A DNA stretch of 61,242 nucleotides from Pseudomonadota bacterium (GCA_040384945.1 JAZKII010000058.1:1-61242), one strand, 5' to 3'. Counted from the stretch's first letter, positions 27,399 through 35,618 are shown. Program-made: numbers and translations. Notes: generated by a model from the sequence alone, not told the origin.

Positions 27399-28424
27399 GT
27401 GGAAAAAAATACTTCGTCGAAAAAACCAGATCTATCAATAAAGATCTTACCCGCGGATTCTAACGATCCTCAAACTAAAAATATTACCAAATACAATTAT
27501 ACTCCAGAAAATTTCCCTCGTCTCCCAGCTCCTCTAAGAGGAGTACTCTACGACAAGGATGAATCTGAGAGGTATAATGATGAGGTTGATAAAAGACAAA
27601 ATAGATTTAGGGAGTGGAAAAAAGGTCGTGTTGTGACAAAAAAAGAGATGCTAGAGATGGATGATGGTACAAAAGAGTTTTTCGCTGATGTGCTGGATCT
27701 AGAGAGAACAATTACAAGATATTCGCGATTGCCAATTGTTCTTGCAGCAAGACAGGGTGATTTCGAAAAGGTTAAAGATATTTTAACAAAAACGGCTCAA
27801 ATACCTACTCCTAACACCCACATTATAATTGGAAAGCACTACGCCCTAGAAGCAGCGGTACAAGAAAACAATTGGGATGTAGCCAATTTACTTTTGTTGG
27901 AAGGAGCTTCTGTTGAATTTTCTTCTGATGAAAAACACTCTACACTTTTGATGCAAGCAATTGAGCGTGAAGATTCTGAAGCTTTGGCATTTCTAATTTC
28001 ACACAAAGCAAATCCTAATTGCGTTAATCCCGACAACAAAACCGCCCTGCAACTCGTTGCTGAAAAAAACAATCCCCAACTTTTTTGTCAGTTGGTTTCG
28101 TTAGTATTGAATGAGCAAATCAAGAAAGCAGAAGAATTTACTAATCAAACCGACAAGAAAGAAGAATTTACTGAGGAAGCCGTCAAAAAAGAAAATTGGG
28201 CAAACAGAGAAGATTGGAAAATATTACAAAACGAATTTTCTAACCCAAAATTAGGCGAAGCCAACTTATTAGCCGTAACAGAAATTTTGCCACAGGGAGA
28301 TTTGTTAGATTCGATTAGGCAAACATTGGCTGACCTTCGTGCTAAAACAGGAAGTTCAGTAACTTCAGCACACGCGGTAATTGTGAGCAACATCTCTAAA
28401 GACACTAAATTAACACTTCCTTAA
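27399..28424 (+). CDS. Ankyrin-repeat protein (candidate host-targeted effector)
   Basis: ANK-like repeats: LPIVLAARQGDFEKVKDIL, ALEAAVQENNWDVANLLLLEGASV, TLLMQAIEREDSEALAFLISHKANPN, KTALQLVAEKNNPQL. The ORF has a GTG start and no signal peptide. Confidence 0.75.
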   Translation: MEKNTSSKKPDLSIKILPADSNDPQTKNITKYNYTPENFPRLPAPLRGVLYDKDESERYNDEVDKRQNRFREWKKGRVVTKKEMLEMDDGTKEFFADVLDLERTITRYSRLPIVLAARQGDFEKVKDILTKTAQIPTPNTHIIIGKHYALEAAVQENNWDVANLLLLEGASVEFSSDEKHSTLLMQAIEREDSEALAFLISHKANPNCVNPDNKTALQLVAEKNNPQLFCQLVSLVLNEQIKKAEEFTNQTDKKEEFTEEAVKKENWANREDWKILQNEFSNPKLGEANLLAVTEILPQGDLLDSIRQTLADLRAKTGSSVTSAHAVIVSNISKDTKLTLP

Positions 28425-28446
28425 AAAGGTGAAAAGGTGTCAAATC
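28423..28446. repeat. Right 24-bp inverted repeat flanking the ankyrin gene (overlaps its stop codon)
   Basis: aaaaaggtgaaaaggtgtcaaatc. A partial third copy (aaaaggtgtcaaatct) lies at about 26937-26952. Confidence 0.85.
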
Positions 28447-28501
28447 TTAAAAACTTGAAAATTAATCGAAAAGCTACCTTTGTTTTGTTTCTAGCCTCAA
28501 A

Positions 28502-28761
28502 CTTCATTAGAACCAATTGGTGATGTAGTTTCTTACAGCGCTTATACTTGGGGCCGAGATAGCGGAGCTCTTTACCAAAGTCCTTATTCTTTAAGCACAC
28601 AGCCGGATAGATATCATTTTAAACTTACAAATGGTGCGACAGTTGATATTGGAAATGATGGTAAAACTATTACTTCCAGAATGACAAAGTTGCGTGATCT
28701 TTTCCCCGATGAAATCATTCCCAATTATGATTTAGCTTCCGGCTCGCAATCAACCAATTCG
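28502..28761 (+). pseudogene. 260-bp internal fragment copied from the 32261-35575 gene
   Basis: Aligns colinearly to 33801-34060 with about 4 mismatches. It encodes SLEPIGDVVSYSAYTW..GSQSTNS and has no start codon of its own. Confidence 0.9.
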
Positions 28762-28873
28762 CAATTGAGACAGTTTATATTTTTCGTTGGAAGAAATATG
28801 GCAAACTACTTGTAAGGTATTAATAACGGATTTAAGACTTAGAAAAATGTCTTCTTCACCAATCAAAATTAAA

Positions 28874-29455
28874 ATGAAAAACAAATCCTTAAAATCTCTT
28901 TTAGCAGCGCTCATTCTTTTATCATCGTTAATGTTGGCAGATGCATCTCTTGCTCAAATCAGCAAATCATCAATTCAGAATAGTGAACAATTGGTTGAAG
29001 ATCCTGATCTTAAACTTTCGATTAAGGAATTGAGAAAAAAATATCCGATTGGTTGGTTGAAAAAGAAATATGGTGATCCTGAAAAATATTATGATTTTTG
29101 TAGTACAATAGATTATGTTGAACCGGCAGAAGAAGCACCGCCCAAAAATTTAGTATGTAATTTTCAGGCTATAAAATATCCATTTAAAACATTTTCTGAT
29201 TCTGAAATCAGAAGTGTTGTTGTGAATCTTAAAGTAGATGAGTTTGATTTCAGAATCGAACAAATTGCTTTAATTGCTTTAGAATATTTTGAAAAGACAC
29301 CCGAAAGTTCCTTAACCTCTAAGGAAAAATTATTGAGGAATTTTATTTACTCGGATCAGGTAACAACTCTTTTTAAGAAATTAAGAAACTGTATAGTGAT
29401 TAAGCATGTAAGGTATAATTGTGCTAAACCTTTGGGTAATTCACAAAAACTATAA
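28874..29455 (+). CDS. Secreted-protein family member P1 (Sec signal peptide, unknown function)
   Basis: MKNKSLKSLLAALILLSSLMLADASLAQ signal. Family motifs DPDLKLSIKELRKKYPIGWLKKKYGD, PKNLVCNF and LRNFIYSDQV are present. The start was chosen by analogy with P2, where an upstream stop excludes the longer form. Confidence 0.7.
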   Translation: MKNKSLKSLLAALILLSSLMLADASLAQISKSSIQNSEQLVEDPDLKLSIKELRKKYPIGWLKKKYGDPEKYYDFCSTIDYVEPAEEAPPKNLVCNFQAIKYPFKTFSDSEIRSVVVNLKVDEFDFRIEQIALIALEYFEKTPESSLTSKEKLLRNFIYSDQVTTLFKKLRNCIVIKHVRYNCAKPLGNSQKL

Positions 29456-29460
29456 ACCGA

Positions 29461-29589
29461 AATTCCGGGGACAGTTTACCTAATTAAAATTTTCATTTTG
29501 AAGCAAATACCTGAGAATCATTTGTAATGCATTGGTAACAAATTTAAAACTTAGAAAAATGTCTTCTTCACAAATCACAAACTAAAAAA
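29461..29589 (+). repeat. Conserved ~125-bp leader/promoter repeat (copy 1) upstream of P2
   Basis: aattccggggacagtttacctaattaaaattttcattttgaagcaaatacctgagaatcatttgtaatgcattggtaacaaatttaaaacttagaaaaatgtcttcttca.. It carries ttgaag (29498-29503) and tgtaat (29523-29528) hexamers spaced 19 nt apart. Confidence 0.8.
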
Positions 29590-30375
29590 ATGACAAACAA
29601 ATCTTTAAAATCTTTTTTAACAGCGCTCACTCTTTTATCATCGTTAATGTTTGCGCATGCAGCTTTTGCTCAAATCAGCAAATCACAAATTCAGAATAGT
29701 GAACAATCGGTTGAAGATCCTGATCTTAAACTTTCGATTGAGGAATTGAGAAAAAAATATCCAATTGAGTGGTTTGATTCAAAATTTGGGGAGTATTATA
29801 AATGTGCGACTGATTCAGAAGGGGAGTATGACGATCCAAAATTAATTTGCCGATTAACTATAAATAAAAATTATTTTAAAAATAAATTACGTGATGGATC
29901 TAAAATAAAATTATTTGATCCATTGAGACAATTAAATGAATCACAAATCAAAAGCATAATTGTTCATCATAGCAATAAAGTGTATGACGATGGTTACCCA
30001 GATATTAGGCTAGATAATATTTTAGAAATTTTAGAAATACAAACTGCAGATACAAAAAACACAAATCCTCTAAAAACAAGAATTAAAGATTTTCTCTATT
30101 CCGATGTTGCTGTTAATTCATTTAAAAATCTTTCTTGTGAATCACTATCTAAATTTGATGTCAATAACTCTCATTACGATTCATTAGCCTTAGAATATTT
30201 TAGAAAAATATATTTTCAAACGAGTGGGAATGCTGATAAATTAGAATATTTTAGAAAAATATATTTTCAACCGAGCATGCTTGATGATGATTTGAAGGAA
30301 TGCCTCCCCCCTAAGCAGCGTAGTCTAATTAGAAAGAAACTTTTAGAGGAATTAAAAACTAAAATTAGGGAATAA
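29590..30375 (+). CDS. Secreted-protein family member P2, directly upstream of the small M23 peptidase
   Basis: MTNKSLKSFLTALTLLSSLMFAHAAFAQ signal and DPDLKLSIEELRKKYPIEW motif. There is an internal duplication LEYFRKIYFQ(T/P)S. The stop is 3 nt before the next ATG. Confidence 0.8.
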   Translation: MTNKSLKSFLTALTLLSSLMFAHAAFAQISKSQIQNSEQSVEDPDLKLSIEELRKKYPIEWFDSKFGEYYKCATDSEGEYDDPKLICRLTINKNYFKNKLRDGSKIKLFDPLRQLNESQIKSIIVHHSNKVYDDGYPDIRLDNILEILEIQTADTKNTNPLKTRIKDFLYSDVAVNSFKNLSCESLSKFDVNNSHYDSLALEYFRKIYFQTSGNADKLEYFRKIYFQPSMLDDDLKECLPPKQRSLIRKKLLEELKTKIRE

Positions 30376-30378
30376 CTA

Positions 30379-30771
30379 ATGACAAAATATATAGAATTAT
30401 CTCTTCCTGTACCGGAAGGTACAAAAATAAATAGTGAGTATGGCCAGCGTCAGAAGGGATCTGGGTATCACTATGGAATAGATTTTAATGTTTTACCTAA
30501 AACAGAAATTACCTCTGCAGCACCCGGAACAGTAATTAGAATTATTCGTAATCATAAAGATTTTGGAAACGTTATAGTAATAAAACATGCTGAAGATCAG
30601 GCAACTTTATATGCTCATTTAAGCAGTATTAAAACTGGAATTAATGACCCGGTAACAGAATCTACTCTTATTGGATTATCTGGTTCAACCGGAAGAAGTG
30701 AGGGACCTCATTTACATTTTGAAGTAATTGAAGGAGCAAACAATAATTCAGGGGACAGTTTACCTAATTAA
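30379..30771 (+). CDS. Minimal leaderless M23 (LytM-domain) metallopeptidase, 130 aa
   Basis: HxxxD motif in GYHYGIDF and HxH motif in GPHLHFEV, with YAHLSS between them. There is no N-terminal signal peptide. Confidence 0.85.
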   Translation: MTKYIELSLPVPEGTKINSEYGQRQKGSGYHYGIDFNVLPKTEITSAAPGTVIRIIRNHKDFGNVIVIKHAEDQATLYAHLSSIKTGINDPVTESTLIGLSGSTGRSEGPHLHFEVIEGANNNSGDSLPN

Positions 30772-30869
30772 AATTTTCATTTTGAAGCAAATACTTGAAA
30801 ATTATTTGTAATGCATTGGTAACAAGTTTAAAACTTAGAAAAATGTCTTCTTCACCAATCAAAATTAAA
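30751..30869 (+). repeat. Leader repeat (copy 2) upstream of P3; its 5' end supplies the M23 gene C-terminus and stop
   Basis: ggggacagtttacctaattaaaattttcattttgaagcaaatacttgaaaattatttgtaatgcattggtaacaagtttaaaacttagaaaaatgtcttcttca.. Confidence 0.8.
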
Positions 30870-31454
30870 ATGAAAAACAAATCTTTAAAATCTCTTTTAG
30901 CGGCTCTAACACTTTTATTATCGCTAATGTTTGCGCATGAAGCTATTGCTCAAACTGATAAGTCATCAGCACAAAATAGTGCACAATATGACATTGATGA
31001 TTCAGATCTTTCAATTGAGGAACTAAAGAAGAAATATCCGCCAAGTTTATTGGATAAAAAGAATAAGGCTTATAAGCCAGGGCAGAAAGTTGATATTAAA
31101 GATTACTCAATTGCTGAGGTAAAAGCAGCGTTTCTGAATGCGGATAAGAATTTTATTTCGAGGATACCAATGAATGAAATTCCAAGAACAGCTTCAGGAA
31201 AATATGATTCTTATATTTCTGATAATGATGTAATTGCGCATAGTCAACTTGAGCTCGATATAATTGATGCATCTTGTAATAAATTTGGATTGAGGGTTTA
31301 TACCGCGCCAAAAAAATATGAGATACTTCAATCGTTTATTTTTTCTTCAGATAAAATTCGAATTCATTCTATGCGCTTCCTTCCACAAAAAACCGAAGTA
31401 TGTCTTTTTACCAATGATCCTTTAGGAGTTGAAGATCATAACGACTATACATAA
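30870..31454 (+). CDS. Secreted-protein family member P3 (divergent)
   Basis: MKNKSLKSLLAALTLLLSLMFAHEAIAQ signal and DDSDLSIEELKKKYPPSLL motif. The remainder is divergent. Confidence 0.7.
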   Translation: MKNKSLKSLLAALTLLLSLMFAHEAIAQTDKSSAQNSAQYDIDDSDLSIEELKKKYPPSLLDKKNKAYKPGQKVDIKDYSIAEVKAAFLNADKNFISRIPMNEIPRTASGKYDSYISDNDVIAHSQLELDIIDASCNKFGLRVYTAPKKYEILQSFIFSSDKIRIHSMRFLPQKTEVCLFTNDPLGVEDHNDYT

Positions 31455-31493
31455 TCAATATTTTAATCTCATGCCGTTCTTCCTCACTCGCAA

Positions 31494-31621
31494 AATTCCG
31501 GGGACAGTTTACCTAATTAAAATTTTCATTTTGAAGCAAATACCTGAGAATCATTTGTAATGCATTGGTAACAAATTTAAAACTTAGAAAAATGTCTTCT
31601 TCACAAATCACAACTAAAAAA
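31494..31621 (+). repeat. Leader repeat (copy 3) upstream of P4
   Basis: Near-identical to copy 1. It differs by a 1-nt indel just upstream of the A7 run that precedes the ATG. This indel puts the upstream MSSSQIT.. ATG in frame. Confidence 0.8.
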
Positions 31622-32245
31622 ATGACAAACAAATTTTTAAAATCTCTTTTAGCAGCGCTCATTCTTTTATCATCGCTAATGTTTGCGCATGCAGCTATTG
31701 CTCAAATCAGCAAATCAAAGATTCAAAATAGTGAACAATTAGGTGAAGATCCTGATTTAAAACTTTCTATTAAGGAATTGAGAAAAAAATATCCGATTGG
31801 TTGGTTGAAAAAGAAATATGGTGATTCCAAGCATCCATCGTGTGGGAATTCTGATGGAGCTTTTGAATATGAAGGTCCGATTCCAAAAAATCTTATATGC
31901 TCTTTTTTTACTAATGATATGTATTCCAAAAGCGATACATCCAAACTTATACCCTCATTCTCATTAGATCTTGAATTTTTCTCAAACAATCAAATCAAAA
32001 GTGCATTGATTGAGTATAACAATCTTTGGAAACAACACAGAGCTAGTGATGATGAAAGAGTAAGGGAAATAGTTATACTTGCGCTTCTGACTTTTGAAGA
32101 AAAAACAAATACTCTTACCGAAAATCAAAAAGAGCTAAAAAACTTTATTTATAAAAGCCAATTACTTCCAGTTTTACAAGATGCGATAGAGTGTAAGTAT
32201 GTCAATAGTGCCTACCAAACAAAAATTACCTGCCCAGTAAAATAA
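31622..32245 (+). CDS. Secreted-protein family member P4, directly upstream of the large M23 protein
   Basis: MTNKFLKSLLAALILLSSLMFAHAAIAQ signal. DPDLKLSIKELRKKYPIGWLKKKYGD, PKNLICSF and LKNFIYKSQL motifs are present. It ends 15 nt before the next gene. Confidence 0.8.
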   Translation: MTNKFLKSLLAALILLSSLMFAHAAIAQISKSKIQNSEQLGEDPDLKLSIKELRKKYPIGWLKKKYGDSKHPSCGNSDGAFEYEGPIPKNLICSFFTNDMYSKSDTSKLIPSFSLDLEFFSNNQIKSALIEYNNLWKQHRASDDERVREIVILALLTFEEKTNTLTENQKELKNFIYKSQLLPVLQDAIECKYVNSAYQTKITCPVK

Positions 32246-32260
32246 TTTATTTAATAATCT

Positions 32261-35200
32261 ATGCCAAGCTTAAAACTTCAATATCCACCGTTAAGCACTT
32301 TTGTCATTAGCAGCGAAAAGGGTCCAAGAATTAGTCCAACCACCAATATACCAACTGTTCACGAGGGAATAGATTTTGCAATTGCAGATGGAACGAATTT
32401 ATATAATGCTCATGATGGAACAGTGATATTTTCTGGAACATCTGTGGGATATGGAAATACAATTGTAATACAGGATAAGATTAGTGGGGAATCAACTCTA
32501 TATGCTCATCTAAGTGCAATATTTTTTCACAAGAGCGATCCTATAACTGGTAAAACCCCAATTGGTACAACAGGTAATAGTGGAACTAGCGCATATCACC
32601 TTCATTTTGAAGTCTTAAGTAAAGAAATTTCTGATAACTTAGCATCAAGCTCTAGTGGAAAAATACCAAAGTCAGGCCGTCTCAACCCACGCTCTTACAT
32701 TGCTGCTTCCCCTTTTGCATCAATGCTCTCAACTGAAGTACATAGTAAGGAATTAGGCTTTGGCACAAGAGAAGGAGATAGTCGTTCCAACACCATGGTT
32801 CGCGACAATGTTGGAACATATTATGGCACTCAAATGGTCTTTGATGGCAAAGAAGGATATGATACATATAAACTTAAACTTTCTTACACCGGCCAGAGAA
32901 TTGTAAAAAATACAAAAGACACTCATATAGTTCAAAGCCAAGATGCTATAAGTGATGCTGATTTAGATGGCAAAATAATAATCGATACCGGATCTCAAAA
33001 TATTCTTCTTTCCGGCAATGCTCTTCCAAAAACCGGAGTTTTAGGAGAGATTATAGCGGGAGAATGGACGTTAGATGGGTTAAATCTTTTACAAGATGGA
33101 GATGATCTAGTTGCGACTAAACTTGGTGTAAAACTTGCTGATTTTAAAGGAATTACAAATCCTAAAGTTCCAACTATTCCTATCAAAAACTTCCCTTTCT
33201 CCAATTCCCGCGGTGGCTTTGGAATTACATTAGGGAAAAAAGCTGATCTAAGTTTAGGCGAAGATGTTTTCAGCCTGACATTAACCGATTCTTATTTGCC
33301 ACAAGGCGCATTTGCTGTGGCTTCATCCGACAAAGGATTATTTGGTTCTTTGGCGATGCTTGATTCTCAAGGCTCGGAATTACCTGTTTCTCACAGCATT
33401 GGAGTTTTCGATAATTTCGGAAATCAATTAGCAACTCACGATGTTGAAACTGTAGTTAAATCATCTGTTGATGCTGAGATGTTAACTCCAGAAATTGGAG
33501 TAGGGATTAGAATCGGAGCTGGATATTCTTCCGGTGGATATGTTGTATTTCCGATTGCAGAAAGTGGCTATATTGCTGGCGGAAGTTTGCAATCCAGAGT
33601 TGGCGCACTTTTAACTGATGCTTCAGGTAATGTTTTAGCAGCCAATATTTACGACAACACCAATTCCCAAACCCAAAATAAAGTCGCTCGCAATGGTGCA
33701 ATCTTGGTCGGCAAAGATGATCCCAGTAAATTATATTTTAGCTACTCACTAGAAAATATCGGCCGCGATGTCGGAACTATGGTTTATCAAATTGACCCAA
33801 CTTCATTAGAACCAATTGGCGATGTAGTTTCTTACAGCGCTTATACTTGGTCTAGAGATAGCGGAGCTCTTTACCAAAGTCCTTATTCTTTAAGCACACA
33901 GCCGGATAGATATCATTTTAAACTTACAAATGGTGCGACAGTTGATATTGGAAATGATGGTAAAACTATTACTTCCAGAATGACAAAGTTGCGTGATCTT
34001 TTCCCCGATGAAATCATTCCCAATTATGATTTAGCTTCCGGCTCGCAATCAACCAATTCGGAATTAGCACAACAAATTTTAACTTTGGGTGATGCAACAA
34101 TTCTTGATGTTGTTGAAAATCCTAATTCTGTAGTGGCAGTTTTAAATCTTGATCCAACTACAAATCCCAATTCAAAAGTAACTTTCTCTGCTTTTGATTC
34201 TTCACAGGTTGCAGCTTATGCAACTGATTCGAGCCAATATAGCATTGATGCGCTTTTAAGCGGTGAAGCCAAAACTTCTGATATGCAATTGGTTTATGGC
34301 GCAGCGCGAACCAGAAGATTAACTGATGGCGTTGAGGATGTTACCGATCCTTATTATTATTCTTATGGCAGCAACGCTACCTATTCAGATTATTATTACG
34401 GGTCAAATTATGGCAATTATACGGATGATTCTGTTGCCGATGATGATGAATTACCTGCTTTAATCTCATATCCTTACACTTTTCTTGAACTGCCGAATAA
34501 CCAGACTGTAGTTTTAGTTGGTGTAAATGGCACGGAACTTGCACAATCTCCGTATAGTTTTTTTCTGACTAGTGAAAATATAACTCATGCCCCATCAAGC
34601 TATCCAAGCGGGCAGCCAACTCCCAACCCTTTTGCAATTTCCAGAGCAGAACCAACAAGTCAGCCATCAAATCAGCCGACAGTTCCACCTTCAATTCAAC
34701 CAAGTACACAACCAACCGGCGAACCTTCATCACAACCAACTTATCTTCCGACGGTAGGAGAGATAATAAGCACAAGTCCAACTTCATTACCATCGTCTGC
34801 TCAGCCAACTGGTCAGCCTTCAATTCAACCAAGTACACAACCAACCGGCGAACCTTCATCACAACCAACTTATCTTCCGACGGTAGGAGAGATAATAAGC
34901 ACAAGTCCAACTTCATTACCATCGTCTGCTCAGCCAACTGGTCAGCCTTCAATCCAACCAAGCAGAAAACCATTTGCTCATCCAAGTACAATTCCATCCT
35001 ATAAACCAGCGGCGATTCCATCTTTTAAGCCAACTAGACCAAGCGTGCAGCCAACCACAGAGGCTTCGGCACAATTAAATTCTAATCCCAGCGCGCAGCC
35101 AAGTTCTAGGCCAACAAATAATCCTTCATTAGATCCAACTCATCATCCAATTGCCGGCGATTTATCTGTAAGTCCTACATCACAACCAAGTGTTAATCCA

Positions 35201-35575
35201 AGTTCACAACCAAGTCAGAAACCAAGCAGGAATTTAAGAACTGCGAGTCCGACAAGTTCTAGCCCGGTGAGTGACAAGCCAATCAGCATCTATCCAACAG
35301 CAATTCCGACAGTTATGGGAACAGGATTTCCAACAATCAATTCTACTTTTAATCAATCTTTGCCGCAATTTCCAAATCAAATTCCAACTCATAATCAAAA
35401 TTCCAATTTTATGGAAAGCCCGGGAGGGATTGCTGTTGCGGCTACAGCAGCATTGTTATTAACAGTAGTTGGGTTGAAATGGGTTTTTAGAAAAGGTGAG
35501 CCAAAGGTGAGCCCAGAGAAAGCTTACGCATCTCAGGTAGAGCAGAGTAATGGGATAGGATTAGGAAAAGGCTAA
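32261..35575 (+). CDS. 1104-aa protein: N-terminal M23 peptidase domain, central unknown domain, Tyr/Asp-rich and P/S/T/Q-rich repeats, C-terminal TM anchor
   Basis: VHEGIDFA (HxxxD) and AYHLHFEV (HxH), with no signal peptide. PS.QPT-type repeats run from about nt 34585 to 35400. A TM helix GGIAVAATAALLLTVVGLKWVF lies at about 35423-35491 and is followed by a basic tail. Confidence 0.8.
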   Translation: MPSLKLQYPPLSTFVISSEKGPRISPTTNIPTVHEGIDFAIADGTNLYNAHDGTVIFSGTSVGYGNTIVIQDKISGESTLYAHLSAIFFHKSDPITGKTPIGTTGNSGTSAYHLHFEVLSKEISDNLASSSSGKIPKSGRLNPRSYIAASPFASMLSTEVHSKELGFGTREGDSRSNTMVRDNVGTYYGTQMVFDGKEGYDTYKLKLSYTGQRIVKNTKDTHIVQSQDAISDADLDGKIIIDTGSQNILLSGNALPKTGVLGEIIAGEWTLDGLNLLQDGDDLVATKLGVKLADFKGITNPKVPTIPIKNFPFSNSRGGFGITLGKKADLSLGEDVFSLTLTDSYLPQGAFAVASSDKGLFGSLAMLDSQGSELPVSHSIGVFDNFGNQLATHDVETVVKSSVDAEMLTPEIGVGIRIGAGYSSGGYVVFPIAESGYIAGGSLQSRVGALLTDASGNVLAANIYDNTNSQTQNKVARNGAILVGKDDPSKLYFSYSLENIGRDVGTMVYQIDPTSLEPIGDVVSYSAYTWSRDSGALYQSPYSLSTQPDRYHFKLTNGATVDIGNDGKTITSRMTKLRDLFPDEIIPNYDLASGSQSTNSELAQQILTLGDATILDVVENPNSVVAVLNLDPTTNPNSKVTFSAFDSSQVAAYATDSSQYSIDALLSGEAKTSDMQLVYGAARTRRLTDGVEDVTDPYYYSYGSNATYSDYYYGSNYGNYTDDSVADDDELPALISYPYTFLELPNNQTVVLVGVNGTELAQSPYSFFLTSENITHAPSSYPSGQPTPNPFAISRAEPTSQPSNQPTVPPSIQPSTQPTGEPSSQPTYLPTVGEIISTSPTSLPSSAQPTGQPSIQPSTQPTGEPSSQPTYLPTVGEIISTSPTSLPSSAQPTGQPSIQPSRKPFAHPSTIPSYKPAAIPSFKPTRPSVQPTTEASAQLNSNPSAQPSSRPTNNPSLDPTHHPIAGDLSVSPTSQPSVNPSSQPSQKPSRNLRTASPTSSSPVSDKPISIYPTAIPTVMGTGFPTINSTFNQSLPQFPNQIPTHNQNSNFMESPGGIAVAATAALLLTVVGLKWVFRKGEPKVSPEKAYASQVEQSNGIGLGKG
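34688..34945 (+). repeat. Exact tandem duplication, 2 x 129 bp (43 aa), in the proline-rich region
   Basis: The unit PSIQPSTQPTGEPSSQPTYLPTVGEIISTSPTSLPSSAQPTGQ occurs twice, with copies starting at 34688 and 34817. A third copy starts and then diverges. Confidence 0.9.
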
Positions 35576-35618
35576 TCTATCTAAATGTATAACTTTTGCC
35601 CCATACGATTTTGATTTT

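Larger units (their letters stand above)
27244..35618. other. Accessory island 2 (ankyrin cassette, secreted-protein family, M23 peptidases)
   Basis: Bounded on the left by the copied cydB 3' fragment and on the right by the true rnd 3' end. The content is repeat-rich and paralog-rich. Confidence 0.6.

Noticed and set aside
28787-28873. Longer N-terminal versions of P1, P3 and P4 (ORF-track starts 28787, 30795 TTG, 31565)
   Set aside because: The extensions translate the shared leader repeat. In P2 the same leader contains a stop, so the conserved MKNK/MTNK start is the only one common to all. The MSSS.. upstream ATG remains possible and is noted in the findings.
34569-35021. 150-aa antisense ORF opposite the proline-rich repeats (similar cases at 49603-50016, 48397-48762 and 50122-50598 opposite the giant gene tail)
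   Set aside because: These are artefacts of repetitive, compositionally biased coding sequence on the other strand. The repeated units simply mirror the sense-strand tandem repeats.
7951-35618. Calling the two islands integrative mobile elements or a prophage
   Set aside because: I could recognise no integrase, transposase, relaxase, phage structural gene or tRNA target. Only the duplicated flanks and gene debris support horizontal origin, so they are reported as islands.
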